Shown in pieces: positions 49,434 through 58,445 of a stretch of 64,000 bases of DNA (its first letter is position 1; the number at the start of each line of letters is the position of its first letter). The notes under the pieces are model-generated. The model saw nothing but the letters and a program-made list of their open reading frames with translations, had not been told where the DNA came from and searched no databases. Source of the stretch: Planctomycetota bacterium (GTDB lineage: Bacteria; Planctomycetota; UBA1135; UBA2386); assembly GCA_965223545.1 (NCBI GenBank), contig OZ245006.1, positions 2,816,001 to 2,880,000 of the forward strand, written 5' to 3'. Both the position numbers and the translations under genes were made by a program.

Positions 49434-51041
49434 ATGCCCGCACCCCGAATCTCCGTCCCGATCATCTCGAGCCTACTGCTCTGCAGCGCGGTCGCGGCCC
49501 AGGGAGCCTCCCCGCCCCTCCTCCTGTTCGGGCCGATGACGACGACCGATGCGCACCTGGTCGACCGCAACGGCAACACGGTGCACACGTGGGTCACGCC
49601 CCACCCACCCGGCGTGAGCGTCTACCTCGACCAGGACGGGACGCTGTTGCGCACGATCGCCACCGGTGTCCCTCCCGGCGCCGGCGGCGGTTCCGGCGGC
49701 GGCCTGCAGCGATTGGCGCTCGACGGCACCGTGCTCTGGGACTTCCGCTACGACACCGGCGGAGTCTGGGCACACCACGACATCGAGCCACTGCCCAACG
49801 GCAACGTGCTGATGATCGCGTGGGAGGACAAGACCCCGGCCGAGGCAATCGCAGCCGGGCGCGATCCGGCGAGTCTGTCGACGGTCCCGTTCCGCCCCGA
49901 CCACATCATCGAAGTGCAGCAGACCGGCTTGACCACCGGCACCATCGTCTGGCAGTGGCACGTTTGGGACCACCTGATCCAAGACTTCGATCCGACGAAG
50001 GCGAACTTCGGCGTGGTCGCCGACCACCCGGAGCTCGTCGACATCAACTACCCGCCGGGCGGAAACTCGGGCGACTGGAACCACTGCAACGGCATCGACT
50101 ACGACCCGGTGAACGACTGGATCGTGCTGAGTAGCCGCTTCCAGGAGGAGATCTGGATCATCGACCACTCGACGACCACGGCCGAGGCGGCGGGCCACAC
50201 CGGCGGCAACTACGGCATGGGCGGCGACCTGATCTACCGCTGGGGCAATCCACAGGTGTACCAGCGAGGCACGGCGGCCAACCAGCAGACCTTCGGCCAA
50301 CACTCGTCCAACTTCATCCCACAGGGCTACCCCGGCGCTGGCAACATTCTCTTGTTCAACAACCTGCGCCCGGGCGGCTCGTCGGCGGACGAGCTGGTCC
50401 TGCCGCTGGATGCCAGCGGCAGATTCGTGATCGCGCCCGGCCAACCCTTCGGGCCGTCGACCGCAACGGTGATCCACCAGCTCGGCTACACCAGCCAGAT
50501 CGTGTCCAGCGCCCGCAGGGCGAAGAACGGCAACACCCTGATCTGCGCCGGCCAGCAGGGCAATCTGCTGGAAGTGGACCCGAATGGACGGAGGGTGTTC
50601 GCGCTCAACTACGGCCAGCCCATCTTCCACGCGCACTACGTCGAGCGCATGGCGTGGAGCGATCGCGCGTCGGTGTCGGCCAACGCCGGCGGCAGTGTGA
50701 ACTTCGATCTGATCGCCGGCACCGGGCACGCGGCGCGGCTCTACCTGATGCTGGGCTCCGCGTCCGGCACACAGCCCGGGTTCTCGATCCACGGCCAACC
50801 CGTTCCCCTCGTGCCGGACTCGTACCTGCTCGCCAGCGCCACCTACGCCAACAGCGGAGCGTTCGGCGGAACGCTCGGCACGCTCGACGGCTTCGGCCGC
50901 GCCCGCTCGACGCTCACCGTGCCAAGCGGCCTGCCAGCGCTGGTCGGGCTGCACCTCGACCACGCCTTCTTGATCGTCGAACCGACGACCATCCGTGTGC
51001 TGCAGGCGACCAATGCGGTGCCCCTCGACCTGACCCAGTAG
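49434..51041 (+). CDS. Aryl-sulfate sulfotransferase (ASST)-family protein with shared C-terminal domain
   Basis: HHDIEPLPNGNVLMI, WQWHVWDH, DWNHCNGIDY, LIYRWGNP, QH, ILLFNN; signal peptide. Confidence 0.88.
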   Translation: MPAPRISVPIISSLLLCSAVAAQGASPPLLLFGPMTTTDAHLVDRNGNTVHTWVTPHPPGVSVYLDQDGTLLRTIATGVPPGAGGGSGGGLQRLALDGTVLWDFRYDTGGVWAHHDIEPLPNGNVLMIAWEDKTPAEAIAAGRDPASLSTVPFRPDHIIEVQQTGLTTGTIVWQWHVWDHLIQDFDPTKANFGVVADHPELVDINYPPGGNSGDWNHCNGIDYDPVNDWIVLSSRFQEEIWIIDHSTTTAEAAGHTGGNYGMGGDLIYRWGNPQVYQRGTAANQQTFGQHSSNFIPQGYPGAGNILLFNNLRPGGSSADELVLPLDASGRFVIAPGQPFGPSTATVIHQLGYTSQIVSSARRAKNGNTLICAGQQGNLLEVDPNGRRVFALNYGQPIFHAHYVERMAWSDRASVSANAGGSVNFDLIAGTGHAARLYLMLGSASGTQPGFSIHGQPVPLVPDSYLLASATYANSGAFGGTLGTLDGFGRARSTLTVPSGLPALVGLHLDHAFLIVEPTTIRVLQATNAVPLDLTQ

Positions 51042-51164
51042 GAATCGGTGGTCAGCGCGCTCGATCCGATCACGCGAAACACCGCACGACGAGCTGCTCG
51101 ACGTGCGGCGCTCGGGCGCGGGCGCCGCAGCACAGCCTGACGGCGTGCCCGCCCGCGACCACCG

Positions 51165-52448
51165 TCACCGCTCGGCGCCGCGCTTCTTTACCAAGCCGCC
51201 ATCGACGAGCATCTCGGTCGGGTAGAGCACCACCTCGTCGCTCTCGACCAGCCCGTCGCGTACCTCCGACTCGAGCGGGCCGCGCCGGCCGAGCTGAACG
51301 ATGACCCGCTCCGCCACCTCGCCGCGCACGACGAACACCGCCCACTGATCGCGCCAGCGAAACAGCGCACCCGCCGGCACCAGCAAGAGGTCGTCACCGC
51401 GCCACAGCTCGACGCGCACCTCGACCCGATAGCCATCGCCGAGCCGCGCCCACGCGCCGGCGGCGACCTGCTCGGGGTCCGGGTCGACGATCACGTTGAC
51501 GCGCTGCTCCTCGATGCCGAGCGCCGAGACGCGCGTGAAGCCACCCGGCTCGATGCGACGCACCCGCCCACCGAGCACGCGGGCGGCGCCCGCCTCGGTC
51601 TCGCCGCCGAAGCCGTGCACCTCGACCGGCATGCCGGGCCGCATCTTGACCGCCTGCTGCGAGAGAAAGTCGGCGACGATCTCCAGCTCGGCCACGTCGC
51701 CCACGTCCAAGATCGCGGTCCCCGCCGGCATCGTCCGAGCGCTCTCCTCGAACACGCGGAGCACCGCCCCGTCGATCGGCGAGCGCAGGCGCAGCACGCC
51801 ATCGTGCTCCGCATCGGTCCGGCCGCCGGCGTCCGACGGCGCCACCGCCGCCGGCAACCCGTCCTGGTCCGCCGCCCTGACGCGCAGCGTCGCGTTTGCC
51901 AGCTCCAGCTCGTACTCGGCCACCGCCACGCGGAACTCGGCGGCGCGCACCGCTTCGCGCGCCTGGCGCGCATCCCGCACCGCCGCGTCGAGCGCGCGCG
52001 GCGGCGCGTTGTCCCGCGCGCGGAGCTCCTCGGCGCGGCGCAGTTCGGCGGAGGCGTACTCCTCCTGCGCAGCCGCCTGGGCCAGCTCGGCGCGGGCCTG
52101 CCGCAGCGCGGCCTGTGCCCGCCGCTCGCGGGCGACCGCCTCGGCGCGGGCACGCGCATCGAGCGGGTCGGCGGCGATCGGCGCGAACTCGGCCACCAGG
52201 GTCTCGCGTGCGCGCACGGTGTCGCCGGCCTCGAGCGGAGGTCGCAGCAGCCGGCCGCGCACCGGCGCGCTGATCGTGTAGCGGTCGCGCACGCGGGTGC
52301 GCCCGTCGTCATCCGCGGTGATGGCGAGCGCCCCCCGACGCACGCCAGCGGCGTCCACCAATACGGGTTGGGGCTGGAAACCTCGCCACAACCCGAAGGC
52401 CACCGCGCCCAATACCACAAGCCAGATCGATCGTTTCAGCCAACGCAC
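51165..52448 (-). CDS. Periplasmic adaptor (membrane fusion) subunit of an ABC exporter
   Basis: TM, ISAPVRGRL and LRSPIDGAVL lipoyl halves around a coiled coil, SALGIEEQRV. Confidence 0.92.
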   Translation of the reverse strand: MRWLKRSIWLVVLGAVAFGLWRGFQPQPVLVDAAGVRRGALAITADDDGRTRVRDRYTISAPVRGRLLRPPLEAGDTVRARETLVAEFAPIAADPLDARARAEAVARERRAQAALRQARAELAQAAAQEEYASAELRRAEELRARDNAPPRALDAAVRDARQAREAVRAAEFRVAVAEYELELANATLRVRAADQDGLPAAVAPSDAGGRTDAEHDGVLRLRSPIDGAVLRVFEESARTMPAGTAILDVGDVAELEIVADFLSQQAVKMRPGMPVEVHGFGGETEAGAARVLGGRVRRIEPGGFTRVSALGIEEQRVNVIVDPDPEQVAAGAWARLGDGYRVEVRVELWRGDDLLLVPAGALFRWRDQWAVFVVRGEVAERVIVQLGRRGPLESEVRDGLVESDEVVLYPTEMLVDGGLVKKRGAER

Positions 52449-52449
52449 T

Positions 52450-54819
52450 TCAGTCTCGGGTCTTCAGCACTTGCACGATATCCAGGGAGTCCAACCGTCG
52501 CCAAGCCGACCACGCCGACAGCACCGCGGCGACCAGTACGGTCGCCACCGCCAGGGCATCGGTGGCCGGCGCGATCACCAGCGGCAGACGGAACTGGTCG
52601 CTGACGAAGCCGGGGCTGTTGACCAACAACGCCGCGAACCAATGGCCGAGGAGCAGACCCACCGGCAACGCAAGGGCGACCAGGATGCCGAGCTCGCCGA
52701 GCAGGATCGCCGACACCTCGCGCCGGCGGAAGCCCAGCACGCGCAGGCTCGCCAGCTCGCGCGCGCGCTCGGCGACCGTGATGCGCGCGGTGTTGTACAG
52801 CACGCCAGCGGCGAGGATCAGCGAGAACAGCAGAGTGACCACGACCGAGCGGCCGAGATTCTCGCGCAGCAGGGTGCGCATGCTGCGCAACGCCGTCTCC
52901 CGCACCGACAGCCCCGCGATCGCCGGCGTGTCGATCACCGCGCGATGCAGCGCGGGCAGCTCCGCCGCGTCCACCGCACACCAGGCACCGTTGAGGTTGG
53001 GGGTCTCGCCGAGCAGCTCGCAGAGCGCATCCAACCGCATGTACGCCGACACCCCGACCCAGGTCTCGGCCACGCGCGCGACCGCCACGTCGCGCACCGT
53101 GCGCGCGCCTTCCTGGATCTCCATCCGCACCCGGTCGCCGGCGGTGACGCCCAAGCGCCGCGCCAGGATGCCCGACAGCACCAAGCCCGCGGGCGGCGGC
53201 TCGATGTCGCGGAGCTCGACGTCCAAGAGGCCGTGGAGCGTGGTGTCCGCCGTCAGGCCCGTGACCGCGGTCGTCCGACTGCGCCAGCCCGCGCGCAGCC
53301 GCACCGGCACCAGCCGGAATGCCTCGGCGTGGCGCACGCCGGGGAGCTGCTCGATCTCGGTCAGCACGCCGGGGCCGCGCGGTTCGATGAGGGTGAGCCG
53401 CGCATCGGCGCGCTCGGCGAGACCGAACTGCACCTGCATGAGATGGGACACCGAGTCGAACAAGAACGCCGTGGTGATCACCAGCGCGGTCGCCATCGCG
53501 ATGCCGCCCGTGGTCATCACCGCGCGCCACGGCCGCCGCTCCAGCTCGCGCAGCACCATGCGGGCCGCAAACGGCGTCCAGCGTGCCAGCCCCAGGCGCT
53601 CGATCCAGGTCGGGCGGTACCCCGCCGGCGCCTCCGGCCGCATCGCCTCCGCCGGCTGCAGGCGCACGGTGCGCCACACCGCGCCCCAGGCGCCGACCAC
53701 GGCGATCGCGGCCGTGATCGCCACAGTGCGCGAGACGGCACCAAAGCCGAGGACCACCGGCAGCGACGGAAACCGGTAGTAGTCCAGATAGACCTGTGTC
53801 ATGCCGTGCGCCAGCCAGGCCCCGACCGCCAGACCGAGCACACAGCCGGTGGCGACGACCACGCCGACCAGTTTGGCGAAGTGCAGGCCGACCTCCAAGT
53901 CGCGGTAGCCGAGCGCCTTGAGCGCCGCGATCTGCTCGCGCTGGGCGGCGACGACCCGGCCGATGACGATGTGCAACAAGAACGCGGCGACGGCGAAGAA
54001 CAGGCCCGGCAGCATGGTGGTGAACGTGCGCAGCTGCGTGATCTCGTTCTCGACGAAGAACGCCGACACTTGATCGGCGCGCGGCACGGCGCCGACGCCA
54101 CCGTAGGCGGCGAGCACGCGGTCGACGCGGGCCAGCGTCGCCGGCATCGACACACCGCGACCGATCTGCAGGCAGACGTCGTTGAAGGCGCCGTCCATGT
54201 CCACGGCCGCCGCCAACGCGTCGCGGCGCATCCACAGCACTCCGAAGCGGCGGTCGTCCGGAAACAACTGGCCCGGTCCCACCGTGTAGATGAACTCCGG
54301 CGAGAGCGCCGTGCCGACCACGGCGAGCTCCTGCCACCTCCCTTCGATGACCGCTTGCACGGTATCGCCGAGCTGCAGCCGGTTGGCGAGCAAGAACGCT
54401 TCGTTGACGACGACCTCGGCGGCGCTGCGCGGCGCCGGCAGCCGCCCACTGCGCAGGCGGAGGTCGTTGACCAGCGGGCGCCCGTCCTCGGGCAGCGAGA
54501 GCAGCCGGCCGGTCGCGGTCTCGCTGGCTCCCGGCACCCGCATGGTGACGTCGACCAAGACGCGGGTCTGCGCCCGCTCGACGCCGGGCAACGCCGCCAA
54601 CCGTTCCGCGACGTGCTCGGGCGCGCGCACCAGGCTGGCGAACACGTGCGCGAAGCGCTCGCGCGCGTAGTAGTCGCCGCGCGCTGCCAGCAGCGAGTGC
54701 ATCGTCGCACCGAGGCCGACGTAGAGCGCGATGCCACTGGCCACGACCAACGCGATGGCGAGCAGCTGACCGCGCATCCGCGCGACGTCGCGCCAGACCT
54801 TGGTATCGAGGGCGCGCAT
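52450..54819 (-). CDS. FtsX/MacB-type ABC permease, duplicated
   Basis: Two MacB-PCD/FtsX halves (QREQIAALKALG; ERARELASLRVLG). ATG at 54819 overlaps the ATPase stop. Confidence 0.93.
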   Translation of the reverse strand: MRALDTKVWRDVARMRGQLLAIALVVASGIALYVGLGATMHSLLAARGDYYARERFAHVFASLVRAPEHVAERLAALPGVERAQTRVLVDVTMRVPGASETATGRLLSLPEDGRPLVNDLRLRSGRLPAPRSAAEVVVNEAFLLANRLQLGDTVQAVIEGRWQELAVVGTALSPEFIYTVGPGQLFPDDRRFGVLWMRRDALAAAVDMDGAFNDVCLQIGRGVSMPATLARVDRVLAAYGGVGAVPRADQVSAFFVENEITQLRTFTTMLPGLFFAVAAFLLHIVIGRVVAAQREQIAALKALGYRDLEVGLHFAKLVGVVVATGCVLGLAVGAWLAHGMTQVYLDYYRFPSLPVVLGFGAVSRTVAITAAIAVVGAWGAVWRTVRLQPAEAMRPEAPAGYRPTWIERLGLARWTPFAARMVLRELERRPWRAVMTTGGIAMATALVITTAFLFDSVSHLMQVQFGLAERADARLTLIEPRGPGVLTEIEQLPGVRHAEAFRLVPVRLRAGWRSRTTAVTGLTADTTLHGLLDVELRDIEPPPAGLVLSGILARRLGVTAGDRVRMEIQEGARTVRDVAVARVAETWVGVSAYMRLDALCELLGETPNLNGAWCAVDAAELPALHRAVIDTPAIAGLSVRETALRSMRTLLRENLGRSVVVTLLFSLILAAGVLYNTARITVAERARELASLRVLGFRRREVSAILLGELGILVALALPVGLLLGHWFAALLVNSPGFVSDQFRLPLVIAPATDALAVATVLVAAVLSAWSAWRRLDSLDIVQVLKTRD

Positions 54820-55571
54820 CACCAGGCGACGGACTCGGGCGCGACGCGCTGTGCGTTGCGCTGCACTTCGACCACCGCGCCGCCGGCCAAGCGCACCACG
54901 CGGTGCGCCAGACCGGCGATCGCCGCGTTGTGCGTGATCACCGCCGTCGCAGTGCCGAGCTCGCGGTGGATCCGGTCCAGCGCGGACAGCACACGGATGC
55001 CGGTCTCCACGTCCAGGGCACCCGTGGGCTCGTCGCAGAGCAGCACCTCGGGCTGCTTGGCGATGGCGCGGGCAATCGCCACGCGCTGCTGTTCGCCACC
55101 GGAGAGCTGCGCCGGGAAGTGGTCGGCGCGGTCCGCCAAGCCGACCAGCTCCAGCGCCGCATCCGGCGCCATCGGACGCGGCGCGATCTCGGTGACCAGC
55201 GCGATGTTCTCCCGGGCGGTCAGGCTCGGGATCAAGTTGTAGAACTGGAATACGAAACCGACGCGCGCCCGGCGGAACTCGGTCAGGCGGTTGCGGCCAG
55301 CACCGGTCAACTCCTCGTCGCGAAACCACACCTGCCCGGCGGACGGCACATCCAAGCCGCCGAGAATGTTGAGCAGCGTCGACTTGCCGCTGCCCGACGG
55401 TCCGAGCAGTACCAGAAACTCACCTGCTTCGAGCTCGAAGTCGACCCCGCGCAGCGCGACCACGTCGACCGCCCCCATGCGGTAGGTCTTGGTCACCCCG
55501 CGCATGCGGAACACCGGTCGTGCGGCCGCGGACGCGCCGGGAGCGGCAGCCGTGCGGACAGCCTCGGACAC
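54819..55571 (-). CDS. LolD/MacB-type ABC transporter ATP-binding protein
   Basis: [46 protein letters not shown]. Confidence 0.95.
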   Translation of the reverse strand: MSEAVRTAAAPGASAAARPVFRMRGVTKTYRMGAVDVVALRGVDFELEAGEFLVLLGPSGSGKSTLLNILGGLDVPSAGQVWFRDEELTGAGRNRLTEFRRARVGFVFQFYNLIPSLTARENIALVTEIAPRPMAPDAALELVGLADRADHFPAQLSGGEQQRVAIARAIAKQPEVLLCDEPTGALDVETGIRVLSALDRIHRELGTATAVITHNAAIAGLAHRVVRLAGGAVVEVQRNAQRVAPESVAW

Positions 55572-55943
55572 GAACCAACGGTACGCGCGCGGACAGGGGC
55601 CAGTCCAGACCCACGGCCTGTGGGGCACGCGGCTCGCAGGTCTGCCACCTTACGCGCCAAGGCCGGCCGCGCCGCTCGCCAGCAGCACTCCGCGCAACGC
55701 GCCTGGTGCGTCGCCTGCGCGGCACACGACGCCACCGCACGATCAACCGTAACAGTCATGTTCACGGGGATTTGCGCCGCCGGCAAACCACGGGGTCCGA
55801 CCGGCGCGGTTTCTCGCGAGTTTCTCCGGTCGATTCCGCGCGCTCCTGTCGTCCCGCTGGACGGAGCCGATCCCGGGCGGCCGGCTCCGCCGACCTCCGG
55901 CGCCCTTCCGCCGCCCACTACGACCTGAAGCAACGAGATCATC

Positions 55944-56135
55944 ATGCACGCCAAGAAGAACAAGAAGAACGTCCGACAAGCGCGCCCCGAGCTGCGCGAG
56001 CTCAACGCCAAGCAGCAAGCCGAGATCGTCGGTGGCGACGGCTCCACGCCGGTCACCACGTCGAGCTCCATCGGCGGCTCCTGGAGCTGGGGAGCCTTCA
56101 ACCCGCAGCCCGAACCGCCGCGCTTCTACTTCTAA
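55944..56135 (+). CDS. Double-glycine-leader precursor peptide (bacteriocin/RiPP-like)
   Basis: Leader ...RELNAKQQAEIVGG fits the ELxxxxxxxIxGG pattern; 32-aa core DGSTPVTTSSSIGGSWSWGAFNPQPEPPRFYF; directly upstream of a C39 ABC transporter. Confidence 0.88.
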   Translation: MHAKKNKKNVRQARPELRELNAKQQAEIVGGDGSTPVTTSSSIGGSWSWGAFNPQPEPPRFYF

Positions 56136-56219
56136 CCCACTGTGCCGCCGCGCCGGCCGCCGAACGACGGCCGGCGCGGCGTGCCGTCCTTCCCGCTTGT
56201 CCCTCCGGAGGGTTTCGCG

Positions 56220-58445
56220 ATGTGGAGACGCCGCGCCATCGTGCGCCAGCACGACCAATCCGACTGCGGGCCCGCGGCCCTCGCGACAGTGGCCGTCCAC
56301 CACCGCATGCCCGCGGCCCTCCACCGCCTGCGTGAGCACACACACACGGGCCGATCGGGCACCAGCCTGCTGGCCCTGTCGACGACCGCCGAGCGCATCG
56401 GTTTCGCCGCGCGCGCCGTAGACGTCGTCGACCGCGCCCTGCTTCGCGAGTGCCCGCTGCCGGCGATCGCACACGTGCGTCTGCCGGACGGCGGCGGCCA
56501 CTACGTCGTCGTCCACGCCGTGCGCGGCCGCCATGTTGTCATCGCCGATCCGGCCCGAGGCATCGACAAGCTCGCCGCTGACGAGTTCGACGCGCGCTGG
56601 ACCGGGCACCTCCTGCTGCTCACCCCCGACAGCACGCGCCAGCCGACGGCCACCGCTGGCACGCACCCGGCGCGGCGGTTCGTCGGGTTGATCGCAGCGC
56701 ACCGCCGCTTGCTCGCCGAAGTCGCGGTCTGCGCGCTCTTCGTCGGCGCGCTCGGCCTCGCTTCAGCCCACTTCGTGCGCCACCTCGTCGACGCGGTGTT
56801 CTCGCGCGGCGATCGCACGCTGCTCGACGGTCTCGGCGCCGGCATGCTGCTCGTCGTCGCCTTCCGCGCCCTGTTCGGCGCGGCCCGCGAGTACCTGTTG
56901 GCGCACGTCGGACGCCGCCTCGACCTCGCGCTGCACGGCGCATACACCGCCAAGATCCTGCGGCTGCCCCAGCGGTTCTTCGAGACCCGGCAGGTCGGCG
57001 AGATCCTGTCCCGCCTCACCGACGCCGGCAAGGTGCGCGAGGCGGTGACCGCTACTGCAACCACGGTGCTGGTCGACGGCTTCTTCGTCGTCGCCGCGAT
57101 GGCGATGATGCTGGCCTACGACCCGGGCTTGGGGGCGTGCGCCGCCTGCCTCGCCCCGGTGCTGGCGGTGTGCATGCTGGCCCACCAGCCGGCGGCCCGC
57201 CGCCGCGCCCACGCGGTGATGGAGAGCACGGCGCGGTTGCACGCGCAGTTGGCCGAGGACGCGGGCGCCGGCGAGACGATCAAGGCACACGGCGCCCAAC
57301 GGCAGCGCCGCGAGGCCGGCGAGGCGCGATTGGTGCAGCTCGCCCACGCGGGGTTCGACCTGCGGCAGCTCAACATGAGCCTCGGCCTGCTGGCGACTCT
57401 CGCCACCGGCGCGGCCACGGTCGCCGTACTCTGGTTCGGCGGCCACCGCGTGCTGTCCGGCGCGCTGAGCGTCGGCCAGCTCATGCTCTTCTTCACCTTG
57501 CTCGGCTACGCGCTGGATCCGCTGCAGAAGCTGGCGGTCGTCCACCTGCAGGTGCAGGAGGCGCTGGTCGCGATCGAGCGGCTGCACGACGTTCTCGATC
57601 TCGACGCCGAGGACGACGAAAGCGAGGGACGCGTGGTCTTGCCGGCCCTGCGGGACGGCATCGGCTTGCGCGGAGTCCACTTTGCCTACGACGCGGGACG
57701 CCCGACGCTGGACGGCATCGACCTGCAGATCGCCGCCGGCAAGACGACGGCCATTGTCGGCGGCAGCGGATCGGGCAAGTCGACGTTGCTGCGCCTGCTG
57801 CTGCGATTCTACGACCCCGACCAGGGCCAGGTGCTGGCCGACGGCATCGACCTGCGCGACTGCGTGCTCGATTCGCTGCGGGACCGCATCGGCCTGGTCT
57901 CGCAGGAGCCGTTCGTGTTCTCCGGCACGATCCGCGCGAACATCGCGCTCGGTCGACCCGACGCGCCGATGGCCGACATCGTGCGCGCCGCCGAGGCCGC
58001 CGGCCTGGCCGCGTTCATCGCCCGCCAGCCGCAGCGCTACGACACGTTGCTCGGCGAGCGCGGCGCCAATCTGTCCGGCGGCGAGCGCCAGCGCCTGGCG
58101 ATCGCCCGCGCTCTGCTGCGCGATCCCGACATCCTCCTGTTCGACGAGGCCACCAGTCACCTCGACACCGTGACCGAGCGCGCCATTCACGACACACTGC
58201 GCGCCGCGTCGGCCGGCAAGACGGTGGTCCTGGTCGCCCACCGGCTGAGCACGATCCAGCACGCCGACACGATCTACGTCCTCGAAGGGGGCCGCGTCGT
58301 GGAACACGGCGACCACGCGACCCTGCTCTCCCACGACGGCGCCTACCGCCGGTTGTACGACGCGCAGCTCGGGCAGCGATCGCCGCACGCACCCCGCCTT
58401 CCCCATCGCCCCGCGGCCGACGCCGCCCTGCAGGAGACCGCCTGA
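56220..58445 (+). CDS. Peptidase-containing ABC transporter (C39 + TMD + NBD)
   Basis: QHDQSDCGPAAL (Gln/Cys), HYVVV (His), IADPA (Asp), [40 protein letters not shown] before ATG 56220. Confidence 0.95.
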   Translation: MWRRRAIVRQHDQSDCGPAALATVAVHHRMPAALHRLREHTHTGRSGTSLLALSTTAERIGFAARAVDVVDRALLRECPLPAIAHVRLPDGGGHYVVVHAVRGRHVVIADPARGIDKLAADEFDARWTGHLLLLTPDSTRQPTATAGTHPARRFVGLIAAHRRLLAEVAVCALFVGALGLASAHFVRHLVDAVFSRGDRTLLDGLGAGMLLVVAFRALFGAAREYLLAHVGRRLDLALHGAYTAKILRLPQRFFETRQVGEILSRLTDAGKVREAVTATATTVLVDGFFVVAAMAMMLAYDPGLGACAACLAPVLAVCMLAHQPAARRRAHAVMESTARLHAQLAEDAGAGETIKAHGAQRQRREAGEARLVQLAHAGFDLRQLNMSLGLLATLATGAATVAVLWFGGHRVLSGALSVGQLMLFFTLLGYALDPLQKLAVVHLQVQEALVAIERLHDVLDLDAEDDESEGRVVLPALRDGIGLRGVHFAYDAGRPTLDGIDLQIAAGKTTAIVGGSGSGKSTLLRLLLRFYDPDQGQVLADGIDLRDCVLDSLRDRIGLVSQEPFVFSGTIRANIALGRPDAPMADIVRAAEAAGLAAFIARQPQRYDTLLGERGANLSGGERQRLAIARALLRDPDILLFDEATSHLDTVTERAIHDTLRAASAGKTVVLVAHRLSTIQHADTIYVLEGGRVVEHGDHATLLSHDGAYRRLYDAQLGQRSPHAPRLPHRPAADAALQETA

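Noticed and set aside
56037..56135. WSW motif and Ser/Thr richness suggesting a darobactin/triceptide or lanthipeptide
   Set aside because: No radical SAM, LanM/LanB or YcaO gene in the window and no Cys in the core; class cannot be assigned.
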